The translations under genes were made by a program, and so were the position numbers. From contig CM022677.1 in NCBI GenBank assembly GCA_012295275.1, positions 16,306,001 through 16,370,000 on the forward strand: a DNA stretch of 64,000 bases. Reading direction: 5' to 3'. Positions 15,684 through 28,469 of this stretch are shown in pieces. Under the pieces are notes generated by a model. It was not told where the DNA came from. It was given only the letters and a program-made list of their open reading frames with translations, and made no database searches. How positions within the stretch are numbered: position 1 is the stretch's first letter; each line of letters opens with the position of its first letter. The stretch is from Chrysomallon squamiferum. Lineage: Eukaryota > Animalia > Mollusca.

Positions 15684-16446
15684 GACAGACATCTTTTGAA
15701 ACTTGCTAAAGCAGGTATATGTTGATTTGTAAGTTAAACTGTTTTTATATGTTTATTCATATATTCAAGTTTTATTAGAAATGTCACTTGTTTATATGTA
15801 GTCGGAATAATAAGACCCTAAGATTTCTATAATTATCGTCATACGTGTTACTATTACTACTACTATTACTACTACTATTGCGCCTATTGCTACTGATATT
15901 ACTACTACTACTACTATTACCTCTACTGCTGCTACTACTACTGATACTTCTACTACTATTACTACAATAATACCAATTACCTTTATTGCTGCTGTTGCTG
16001 GATTTACTGCTACTGCTACTACTACTACTACTCCTACAACATCTACTGTACTACTAACAGTACTACTGCTACTGTTACTAACAATACTATTGCTGTTGCT
16101 GCTATTGCTACTGCTATTCCTACTAGTACCACTAGCATTGCTATAACTACTACTACTACTACTACTACTATAACTACTATTACTACTAGTGTCACTATTA
16201 CCACTACAACTATTACTACTACTATTACTACCGCTGCTTCTATTACTCTCCTACTATTACCATCATAAAATAACACTGATCTCAAACGATAACAGATTTT
16301 GTTATTACTTCAGAGAAATTCATCTACAAAATTCTTACATTCTTTTTAAAAGTATTATTGTGAAGGCGGGCTTCTGGCATTCGATCCAAAAACCTTCAGC
16401 ATTAAAACCGAGGCTTAACCACAACCTTATTGAGTATGTGAGTAAA

Positions 16447-16536
<90 letters not shown>

Positions 16537-17409
16537 TTGTAGTTGATTTAAAATAGTACATTAAAACGAAGATGGTCGCTCTTTGGTATTCCCTTGCAAC
16601 TATGCTGTACGGTAACTAGGCAACAAACAATTTTCCAAAATTTAAAGTTAAAGAAAAAAATATGGAAGTCGTTTTTACGGAAACCTAATTTAGTCGAAGA
16701 GAAATATTTATGTTTCGTTCTGAAAATAGAAACTAAGATAGAAAGAAGGACGGAGAAATAAAATACGTAAATTAAATGTAAATAAAGAATTGGGTAACAA
16801 AATGTCTATAAATCGAATGCAATAAATGTAATAAAATAAAATGAATATTAATAATATCAGCCACTGCGATAATAATAATAATAATAATTAATAACTAATA
16901 AAAATAATAATGATGATGATAATGATAGCCCGAAAGTAAATGATTAAACTCAATTATATTTGAATATGAGATATTAAAACTGAATAAATAAATAAATGAC
17001 AATGTTCAAAACAAGGTGAAAAAATGAGTAAACAAACAAATATGTAGTGAAACAAAAGACACAAATAAATAAACAAATAAATTAATAAATGAATGAATAA
17101 ATAGATAAATAATTAAATAAATAAACAAATAAATTAATAAATAAACAAATAAATTAATAAATGAATGAATGAATAAATAAATAAACACATAAATAAATAA
17201 ATAAACAGACAAATGAATAAATAAATAAACAGATAAATAAATTAATTAATGAATAAATAGATAAATAAATAAATAAACAAACAGATAAATAAATAAGTAG
17301 ATTAATAAATAAATAAATAAATATAACGAAAAGAAAAAGAAAGAAAAAATCCAAAATCCAAAACAAATCACCACATAACACACAAAGACACACACACCAC
17401 ACACACACA

Positions 17410-17482
<73 letters not shown>

Positions 17483-17490
17483 TCACACAC

Positions 17491-17535
17491 GGGCGTATAA
17501 AGTGATAATCTACAGAACATCTTGCAGTGATAACG
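17491..17535 (+). promoter_or_regulatory. Candidate TATA + initiator core promoter of the receptor gene
   Basis: TATAAAG at 17496-17502 and an Inr-like TGCAGTG whose A (17526) is exactly 30 nt downstream of the TATA T. It opens a CpG-rich unique island (17490-17830) about 1.3 kb upstream of the ATG. Confidence 0.45.
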
Positions 17536-17888
17536 ATTTCCCACGAGACGAGACCCCGAGAGCGAAAGATCCGCAATAATTACACGGACGATTTCTCACG
17601 GGTTAATTAGCCAATTGTGCACCGGTTTATTTTCCACCGCGTTCCTGGCGCTTGTACGACTCGATGGAAGGCACCGGATAGATAGATCAGCGATTTGTTT
17701 TCTCTCTGTGTGAAAAAAAAAATAATAAAAGAAAAAAATAAAAGTTCTGTGGCAGGACTGGAGTTAAAATTGATTCCGTATTGTACTGGGCTATCTTAGC
17801 GTTGCGATGTAGACGGTGTCGAGAATATGTGAGTACATTACGAGACATTTTTTTTTTCGTTTTTTTTTGTTTTTTTTTCTCTCTCCAG
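17526..17888 (+). other. Candidate non-coding 5'UTR exon (17526-17828) followed by a GT-AG intron start
   Basis: Consensus donor GTGAGT at 17829-17834. The nearest acceptor is a long T-rich tract + CCAG at 17888 (60-nt intron). Alternative acceptors lie at 18554 and 18771. Confidence 0.3.
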
Positions 17889-18174
17889 TTTATTGGTTGT
17901 TAGCTTGGGCGACATTTTTGTATCATTGTTCGAATAGGCTGCCTGGGCTAAAGGAGTTTGAGGAAATAAGGCTGTGATATTTACGATGTGTGTTTCGGAA
18001 GTTATAAATATATGAGTAAATAAATAAGATAGGAAAAAGGGAAGATAAAAGGAACGACAGAAAGAAAGGAAGGAAAGAAGGAAGGGTAGAAAGAAAGAAA
18101 GACGTAGAAGAAAAACTAGAGACGGAAAACTAAAAGTGGGAAGGATTAAAGAAAATTACGTAAATTTATTTCCA

Positions 18175-18264
18175 CCAATCATATTCGATGTTTCTTTCGT
18201 AATACGCTTCTCAATGAACTGACCAATCGTGAATGGGTTTTCATTAGGCCTGCCTTATGATTGG
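18175..18264. promoter_or_regulatory. Cluster of three CCAAT (NF-Y-type) boxes
   Basis: CACCAATCA (CCAAT 18175-18179), GACCAATCG (18223-18227) and TGATTGGCTG (ATTGG 18260-18264; reverse strand AGCCAATCA) fall within 90 bp, about 560-650 bp upstream of the ATG. Confidence 0.4.
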
Positions 18265-18659
18265 CTGGTGTTTGTTCGTAAGAATATTAATGTCTGAATG
18301 AAACAAGGACGATTTGTGAATACACCTTTTTAAAAAAAATTTTTGCCATAAATTTCATCAATTTTCACAAGGACGTAACAATCATTGTGAAGTCAGGAAA
18401 AAAAAAAAAACATGGAAAATGATACTTAACCCGAGCGGCAAATTAAATCGATTTGACTAACAATGGCGAGGTTTTGACGTGGATATTCTTAGAAATGGAT
18501 TTTACTTGTTTTCTTTTATTTCAAGACAGAATCGAGGAATCTTTTAGTTTTCAGACAGACCGACACGGAAAGATGAAGTGCGATTGTTTTGGACAAGAAT
18601 GAATCGGTCGTAGCTTTTCGTTTTTCTATTAATATTCTTTTTAAAATTTTATTTTATTA

Positions 18660-18695
<36 letters not shown>

Positions 18696-18820
18696 TTTTT
18701 TATTATTATTTTCTTTTTATCTTATTTCTTTTCCTTTTTTCATTCTTATTTCGTCGTTTGTTTTTAAATAGTTCCAAAAAAAAAATTCATAAATATTTTT
18801 TCTTTTCTAAAACGGAGAAT

Positions 18821-19529
18821 ATGTTATTCAGAGACACAGGAATCGTTTCAAATTTCGCAAATTTTGTTCTCTTGTTTTGTTTCACACTCACCATCGTTCT
18901 GTCGGACTACGAAGTCAAAATAGCGGTGATAATACCGGTCGGCAAAGATCGGCTCTTTTCGTCGATGCACGTACTGCCGGTGCTGGACCTCGTTCAGCGG
19001 AGGGTCAACGACCTCGACCTTCTTCCCGGCGCCAACCTGACTTTTTACCTGGGGGACTCGAAGTGCACGCCCAGAGACGCCCCGTTCCAGGCAATCAAGC
19101 TGTTCATGGAGAACAAAGTCAACCTCTACCTCGGCCCGTGCTGCGACTACAGCCTCGCACCCGTCGCCCGCTTCACGCCGTTTTGGAACGTACCGGTTAT
19201 CTCCCCTGGCGGACTGGCCCACGACTTCGGACTGAGCAAAGTGGGACCAAACGCCGAGTTCGGAACGCTCACTCGCGTCGGACCAACGTTCAATTCTCTG
19301 GCCATTTCGACACTGCAGCTGGTCAAGAGCTGGAAGTTTGCCAAAATAAAGCTCATTTACGTCGGGTCGGGTCACAATGACGTCATGCCGAGGTTTTGCT
19401 ACCTGGCGGGCTCGGCTTTCGGTTTTTACATCAAGAAGACGAAGATCGAGTTTGATTTCTATAAATACATGCCGGAAAATGACGACGTGGGCACGAAGCT
19501 GAAAAACGAAGTAGGAAATGAATTCGGAG
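18821..19529 (+). CDS. First coding exon of a natriuretic peptide receptor-like / receptor guanylyl cyclase gene (signal peptide + N-terminal part of the ANF_receptor extracellular ligand-binding domain); partial gene
   Basis: ATG at 18821 is followed by a hydrophobic signal-like stretch (FVLLFCFTLTIVLS). Family motifs follow: KIAVIIP, GDSKC, LGPCCDYSLAPVARFTPFWNVPVISPGGLAHDF (cf. vertebrate NPR3 [32 protein letters not shown]), TLTRVGP and RFCY. Base composition switches sharply to high GC/CpG. A donor GAG|GTATTT sits at 19529/19530 (phase 1), after which the sequence becomes (CTT)n. A possible upstream acceptor is TAG at 18769-18771. NPR-A/B-type versus NPR-C-type cannot be decided from this exon. 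Confidence 0.93.
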
Positions 19530-19574
19530 GTATTTTTTCCTCCTTACTTCTTGTTCTTGTTCTTCTTGTTCTTG

Positions 19575-19634
<60 letters not shown>

Positions 19635-19777
19635 CTTCTTCTTCTTCTTCTTCTAATTATTATCATCATCATCATCATTATTATAATCATCATTATTTCA
19701 TATTTTTTCATTTTATTTATACCTGAATCACTGAATTACTTTATTATGCTAATATTCTTACATTCGTTAATGTCCCC

Positions 19778-19873
<96 letters not shown>

Positions 19874-21086
19874 CTCTTCCCCTCTTTCTCTCATCAGTTC
19901 CATATATTAATTATCCAATAATTTGATTTAACTTTTATTCAGACAAATTATATTTGTTACCTTACTATCCCTTGTAAAACGTAGTTTGTTATTTAAACAC
20001 TGATTTCTACATTATTATACTTTACGCCTGTAAACTGAACTGGTTTGATTCAGATAGCCCCGAGAACATTTTTTTTTTTATCTTTCATCACCATTAAAGA
20101 CACGCTACATAGACCAGGGTAAAACTGTGAACCAATGTATAGTGGGCGGTAAGATCAATCCTTGTCATGATACCCATATATCTATATCCCGTTCCAGCCA
20201 GAACCCATCTAATGGATTTCATGAATGTTTTTTTATAGTTTGTCTGTTTCGATAGGTTTTAATTAAATCTTCACTCTAATTAGATAACTTTGATAAATAA
20301 GGTAAACGATTTTGAATGAACGAAAAGAAGAAAGAATAAAGAGTTGATAGACAGAAGGTACAAACAGGTTGTAAGATGGAAAAGAAAAGACAAAAATAAT
20401 GGAGCACAAATAAAAATTTGATAAGAAGAAAACAAAATTTAGTGAATTAAAACTTCTTCTTTTAAACAAAGAAATAAATAAATAAAAGAAACAAAGAAAT
20501 AAAACAAAAAATATAAAAGTCACTAAATAACTAAACAAAAATATATAAATAGGAAATAAACAAATAAATGAAAATAATAAAGAAATAATAAAAAAAAAAA
20601 AAAAAAAAAAAGAAAAAGAACAAACAAATAAACATTAAAAAAATCAATAAATAAATAAATATTTAAATAAACAAATATATGAATAGATAGAGAGAGAGAG
20701 ACAGATATTTGTAGAGAGAGATACAAAAATAAAGAAATATATAAAGAAAGAAAGAAAACTAGAAACTAATATATTAACAATAAATAAATAAATAAACACG
20801 TTAATCAAAAGATAAACAACACAAGTATCACTTCTAACGAAAAAAAGTAATACATGAAAATATATAGTCACATTAGTAACATAATAGTCAAAATGTGTTT
20901 CTGTTTTTAATAAGATAAAAGAACTAAAACGCAGAAAAAAATGAAAACAATTTCTAAAATATCTGAGAACAAGCGAAAACATGTATCATGTGAAATGAAA
21001 CATATAAATGACAAATAGTGTAATCAAATAAATATTCAAATTACATATAAGTTACATGTTTCTTTGTTCGTTAGGTTTAGTACAAA

Positions 21087-21241
<155 letters not shown>

Positions 21242-21267
21242 AGAGAGAGAGAGAGAGGGAGACAGAC

Positions 21268-21360
<93 letters not shown>

Positions 21361-21906
21361 ACAGAGACAGATACAGATAAATATACATAGTACAACTGAG
21401 TGAGACTGATAGTGACTGGGAGAGACAGTCAGAATGAACTGAAAGATAAAGAAACTGGGAGACATTTACACGGACATCGGAAAAACTGGGAATTTTTCCA
21501 CTTGTCACACAAACAGAAATCCAGGTTGCTTTTTCAGATCAAAGAGATAATATTATTTTCACAAATCAGAAACAACGAACTCTTATTCGGTTTAAAATGT
21601 TTTGAAATATCCACTAGTGCAGTTTCTTTTATTATAAGTGTATTATAAGTTCAACAAATATATTTTATTTTATTTTATTTTATTTTAAATTTTTTTATTT
21701 TATATTTATATTTATTTATTTATTTATGATTATTTACTATTTTTAATTTAATTTAATTTAATTATTTATCATTTAATATTTACTTATTTGCCTACTTTTA
21801 CGTATTTATTTATGTATTTATTTATAATTTTTATTTTTTATTTATTTATTTATTTATTTATCTATTTATCAATTAATTATAACGCTGTTACGTGTTTTAT
21901 TCAAAC

Positions 21907-21938
<32 letters not shown>

Positions 21939-22526
21939 TACAATAAAAGTCCTTGAAACAAAACAAAGAAACTCATAGAATCTTTTAAAATTTAATAATA
22001 ATAATAATAATAAAAATCTTAACAAAAAAAAAAAAAAAAAAAAAAAAAAATTAAAAAATTAACAATGAAAAGAAAAAATGCCTGGAAGCGGAAGCTTTTA
22101 ACGTCGTCCCTGTAACAAGGCTTTTGATTGGCTAACAACAATGTAACCTGTTTGTTTATTTGCTTAACTTCTTGTCAGTCAATTGACTTAATGGATTCTC
22201 TTTGAATGCCGCCATAACGGATAAAAGATTAGGTTAAAAAGTGTTATTTATATTACGAGGGAAAAAAAATAAAATAAAATAGAGACTTAGTTCTGCTAAT
22301 TTGTCAAAGTTATAAGTTTCCTGGTTCGTTAGGTTTATAAGAGTGCGTACTTTAGTACAAAATTCTGAGTTGAAAGCGACAAACAATTGATTCCAGCTTT
22401 AAATATATCCTCTTGCATTCTTACACATCTTTAATTTTTATTTTTTTTAATTTACATTTTCTTTATCTATCTAGAAATCATGATCGCTATGTAATTTTTG
22501 TCTGTCTGTCTATCTATCTATCTATC

Positions 22527-22648
<122 letters not shown>

Positions 22649-23037
22649 CAGACAGACAGACAGAGACAGAGAGGTGTAATGAAATTAAAAAAAGAAAAAG
22701 AAAAAAAAGCTACGATATCGTTAACACCAGTAAACGGTTTAACTAGATCTGACGCTATATAAAGCTGAGTACTTAGGCTGTCACGTCTACAAATTTAAGT
22801 AGATCTACAGCTCAGTGCTCGCTGTAAAACAACCACATTTCTCTCGGGTCGCTGCAAACAGAAATGAACTGTAAAATAAATTCAGCTTTATCTAAGTGTC
22901 CCGCATAAGACGCAGAGATTCTTAAAAAAATGTGTTTATGGGAGGCGAGTAATAAATAAATACATAAATAAATGATAATAAATAAGTAAATAAAATAAAT
23001 AAATGATAATAAATAAGTAAATAAAAAAAAATAAAAA

Positions 23038-23068
<31 letters not shown>

Positions 23069-23718
23069 TAAAAAGAAAAAAAAAAAAGGTGATCTGAAAA
23101 AAAAGGGAATTTTTTGATCTAAAAATGGAAAAGAGAGAGAGGAGAGAGAGACATTTTCTGAGAGAGAGAGAGAGAGAGAGAAAATGGAGAGCTTAAAGAG
23201 AGAGAGAGAGAGATGATTAAAACAGAGTTGGAATGGAATGGAATAAGATACAGAATAGAGAAGGATGGATGGTAAGGAGAAAAATGGATGGAAAGAATGT
23301 GGAATGGAAGAATGTGCATGAATGAAGCATGAATGAAGAAAAGGAGAACTGCGGATGCGTGTAAATACACTTCACTTATTTCTCTTTCTCTGCTTCTCTA
23401 TTTTAGTCTTTTTTTTTTCTTTCTCTCTAGTTGTCAATCTCTAATTTTTCTGTGTGTGTAAAACCTCAGATGCATTTAATAGTGTTAGATATGATTTTGT
23501 TTGTGATGTTTCCTCGCATTTAAAAATGTTATGATTCTCTCTGTCTTCATGCGTTTGTGTGATTGCAAGATATCACAGCTAATAAAATTTACACGAATCG
23601 ATTTAAGCTTTGAAGTAAAATCTCGATTTCTCTCTCTCTCTTTTTTCTTCTTTTTTCTTCTTCAAGATATCTAAATGTACACTCTATTTGCAGTACCTAT
23701 CTTTTTATTTTATTATCT

Positions 23719-23825
<107 letters not shown>

Positions 23826-23899
23826 CCCATACACACATCTTACTAATGCTAACGTGTACACAAAAACTACTAGTGCAGACAATTTTTCATTTTAGCTTA

Positions 23900-23932
<33 letters not shown>

Positions 23933-25300
23933 GGTCAAAAATATTTATATAACCCACTGCAGTTATGAAACAATGTTATTTGTTAATTTTTTCTTTCTTC
24001 TCATTATTGTATTATTATCATCATCATTATTATTACTGCTAGTGCTACTACTGCTATTACTATTATTACTACTACTGCTACTACTGCTACTACTATTACT
24101 ATTACTACTACAACTGCTACTACTACTACTATTACTGTTACTACTACTACTACTACTGCTACTACTACTACTACAACTACTATTATTACTACTACAACTG
24201 CTACTCATTTCTTTAAATCGTTCGCTAGTTTACTCATTAATTATTATTATTTACTTGCTAACTACCTGTAAATATACCAGGCTATGCTTGAATACAAGAA
24301 GAATTAAAACTATTATTCTTCTTTTTTAAGTGCATAAATACTAAACTAACTTAATTAAATTTCTTCACGTCGTTTGTTTACTTAGTGACAAACGTTTCCA
24401 TGTACAAGTCACAATAGCCAATAAGAATGAAGCTTGAAATCACGTGATTTCTTCTGAAGTAATATCGCCGCCATTTCAATAAATATTTGCTTTTCGTCTT
24501 TCGATCCTAAATTCGCTTCGTATTTTGTTTCCTTTCATTTAACGAAAAGCTGAAATTTCTGATTGGGAAAAAATTGATTGATTCTGGGATAGCATCTGCG
24601 TATCAAAGATCCGATTATTTTCACGCAAAATCAATCACTTTCAGCAAACAAAAGGAATTAACATACGACACCGCTTATTAATTTTGTTAAACAGTGACAG
24701 AAAAATAAACAAAATCGGTTTCAGTTTAATTTAACAAAAGAGAGGAAGGCGAAATTAGAAGTCATGCTGAAGAATTTTAAGTTAACGGGTGTCTGTGTGT
24801 GTGCGTGTATGTGCGTGTGTGTGTGTGTGTGTGTATGTCTATGTTTGATTTTCCCCATCTCTTTTTACCTGCTTTACCTGAATCATTATTTTATTAAAAA
24901 AAAAAAAAAAAAAATTTTTTTTTACATTTTACGAAAACAAACGATCTTTCCCGAACATTCCAGTCAATTTTACCGGAAACTCCCGACTGCCGTTAGGCTA
25001 AATCGGGGCGACTGATTAAGATCGTCTGCCGGTTAACGGACCGAAAGACTCTTCTAATTTAAAAAAAAGACATTTTCATGCTATAGATCATTATCAAAAC
25101 TAATTAAAAATATTTGCTACAACAAGTGTTATTTTTTTTTCCTTCGGCTATTCCCGGCAATTTACGACGAATTAAGCTTCATTTCTGCTTGATTTGCGAC
25201 TGTAATCTGTTTGTTTTTCCAGTGGATAACATTTTGAAAAAGATTGTAACCATGGCGTATGAATCAATTATGAAATCATTTTTTATGTATAAATAGTAGA

Positions 25301-25401
<101 letters not shown>

Positions 25402-25765
25402 CGTAATGAAAATGGCGATTATGATGAAAACAACAGGAGTAGTAATAATGAAAACAATGACGAAGACAACAGCATCGTCAACGACAACATAATAATGCTG
25501 AAGATAATACTTCGTACAAGTAAGTTTCACGTATTATTAATCTGAAGTATTGTCTTTTACACAACATGTCTGAGCATGTGCATGCGTGCATTCTTATGTG
25601 TGCTTCCATTGTTATGTTGCTCATCTCTAAAAATTGAACTTACTAGTCTGAAAACAAAAAGAAAGAACACACAATGCTACAGTAAAAGGAAAAAGAAAGA
25701 GAGTCACAAAGAAAGAAAGCGAGAGGAAGGAAGAAAGAAAGAGAGAAAAACAGAAAAATGTAATG

Positions 25766-25857
<92 letters not shown>

Positions 25858-26330
25858 GGATAAGAAGAAAGAACAAGAAAAAGGGAGTAAGGTAGAATGA
25901 GCGAGTGAGAGAGTGATGAGAGGAAGGGAAATAAAGAGAGAGGGAGAAAAAAGATAGAAATAAAATAGGACAGAGCGAGAGAGACAAATGCAAAGAAAAA
26001 GAAAAAAGGAAAGAAAGAAAGACGGGGAGAGAAAAAAGAAAGAAAGAAAGAAAGACTGACACAGACACTGTCAACTCTATTTTTTCACGATGATCAAAAC
26101 TAATTATTCACCGCTGTTTCTGCAGCCAGTGACGTTGAACTAACAAATGGCCTTCAGCGTCCATCTTGTCCTGTCATCACACACATCTAGCGAAATTCAT
26201 TTCCACTGTCCAATGAAACGCAGGGACTGTTATCGATACTTTCATCAGCTGTGATCCTTCTCCAGTTTCGTTCAATCTCCGAGAACAAGGTCATCGTCTC
26301 TCGACCTCCTGCTCTTTTATCTTTTAAAAC

Positions 26331-27312
26331 CTCGGCGCCATTAGTCACGGTAGCAGATTAGTTTTCCTCCCCGTTACGCAGAGCACCGCTGTCCTATTTT
26401 GTGACAAATTCTCCCTGGATCGGGGACGCGCACACACAGAATTGATGATTTGGAACGGGATATACGTTTGTCAGTGATTTTTTATATTATTATACGATAG
26501 GTAATTATTATTTTCCTCCCTTTAACGCAGAGCACCTGTACATATTAACACAGACTGTGCCAAAGGGAATTTGCTTATGGGTCTTTTACACAAATGTCAT
26601 GTTTGAGAGATATGATCTAGAACGGGATTATATATATATATTTGACCAGACAGTAATTATCAGTTATTAGACAGCGTCGACGCCATTAGTCACGATAGGT
26701 TGTTATTATTATTTTTTCCTCCCTTATTCCCAAAGCATTACGAAACGTCAGCGCAAAATATATATCATAGTTCGACTCAGATATTGCTTTTGGTGCAGAC
26801 ATCATTTAGAATGGGAAATATATTTTACCAGACATTAATTTTTGGTTATTAGTTTTAGACTGTCGGTGCCATTACTCACGATAGTTGATTATTTTCCTCC
26901 ATCCTTCACAGAGCACTAGTAGTTATTGGTAAGACCCGTATGCTCATAACAGAGACACAAATGATCTATTGGAGCAACTTGTTTGGAACGGGATATTATT
27001 TTACGAGATTAATTGAAGACTATTATTTAGACACGGGTCAACTCTAAGAGAAAGCCAATTGTTATTTGAGCCAAGAACTGTATCCCTAGATACTAGATTT
27101 AGAACGGGATATATAATTTACCTAACAGTAATATTAAATTGCTTATTACGTCATGACTGCGTCATATGTCACTGCTGTGTAGCAGTTTTCCTTCCTGGTT
27201 CGCTAAGCACCAAAACGTGTTTGGTTCAAAAGACAAATGTTTAGTTCGTTCAGAAACAGATAGTTAAGAAGATGTATATTTTCGTTCTTTCTTTTTTTTT
27301 TTTCCTTCAGAG
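26331..27312. repeat. Degenerate tandem array, ~170-190-bp period, conserved blocks alternating with variable segments
   Basis: Recurrent TRGAACGGGATA-like motif (26451, 26618, 26807, 26984, 27100), GCCATTASTCACG (26337, 26682, 26868) and TTTTCCTCC...AGCAC-like ends (about 26386, 26535, 26738, 26916, 27210). Confidence 0.85.
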
Positions 27313-27404
27313 GTAATGCGATTGAAAGCTCGTTAGAAAAGATAGATTTATTCAGTCTGTTCGTTTCTAAAAGTATAGCTGTTGGTGATTATTTAGGTAG
27401 AAGA

Positions 27405-27436
<32 letters not shown>

Positions 27437-27625
27437 TGTGTGCGTGTGTACGAGATTGTGAGAGAGAACGATAGAGACATCGACTGAGTCAAAGAAAATG
27501 ATAAACAATCAGATAGATAGATAGATAGATAGACAAACGGATAGATACAGAGAAAGACAGAGAGATAGCCGATAGATAAATAGAAGTAAGATGGAAAACA
27601 GAGAAGAGAAAGACAGACAGACAGA

Positions 27626-27715
<90 letters not shown>

Positions 27716-27810
27716 GAGATACAGACAGAGAGAGAGACAGAGAGAGAGAGAGAGATACAGAGAGAGAGAGACACAGAGAGAGAGGGAGATACAGAGAGAG
27801 AGAGACAGAC

Positions 27811-27849
<39 letters not shown>

Positions 27850-28469
27850 GAGAGATAATCACTAAAACACATAACCTATTGGTCTTAAACATGCAACACA
27901 ATTACAATTTCAATACGAGCACGTTTCTGTAATCAAAACGACAAAACATACTGGTCACGACGACGACCACATCTCTGCCGTAACCTCAACGTTGTCAAGG
28001 TTGCTGATAGCACACAATGTTCAACCCGCGTTTGACCACAACTGGCCAAAACTGACCCTCAAGCCGATGACGAATGGCCACAATGCATCACCAGCGCCAG
28101 CAAGTTTTAGCACAACAGTGCAATTACTTCTGATTAGATTACTATTTAACTTTGTTATTAACGACTCGATCATTTTAGTTACAAACCTTCGCAGTAATCT
28201 CAGATTTGACAAGAAAATTTTTCAACAGCTTCATTTGTTGTTTGGGGAAACCTAAGACCTGAAGGAATTTTTGGGAAACTTGAGGACGAGTCTTTCAAGG
28301 GTTTGTTTAGAGTTCAAAAGGATGGCGAAGAGTTCATGGGTATGGCTGGTAAACGCCAACGGAATGGTTAATTCTTATATGATATAGCCAAGAGATCAGC
28401 GGATTTAATGAACAACAGTTCAGCTGAAATCTGGTACTTCTAGGATGGATAATAGAACCGTGAATGATG

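Noticed and set aside
18848-19380. Overlapping alternative-frame and antisense ORFs (175, 167 and 69 aa)
   Set aside because: They are shadow ORFs caused by the high GC of the real exon and give no recognisable protein.
26110-26310. GC-richer segment whose minus strand contains NWRR / DDRTRW, reminiscent of a LINE 3' end
   Set aside because: The motifs are too short and interrupted by stops; this cannot be supported without a profile search.
26331-27312. CRISPR array interpretation of the repeat/variable-segment structure
   Set aside because: The context is eukaryotic, the repeats are ~100 bp and degenerate, the variable segments keep residual mutual similarity, and there are no cas genes.
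27992-28255. 87-aa ORF in a GC-richer unique island
   Set aside because: It has no ATG start at the annotated position, no recognisable domain and no clear splice signals.
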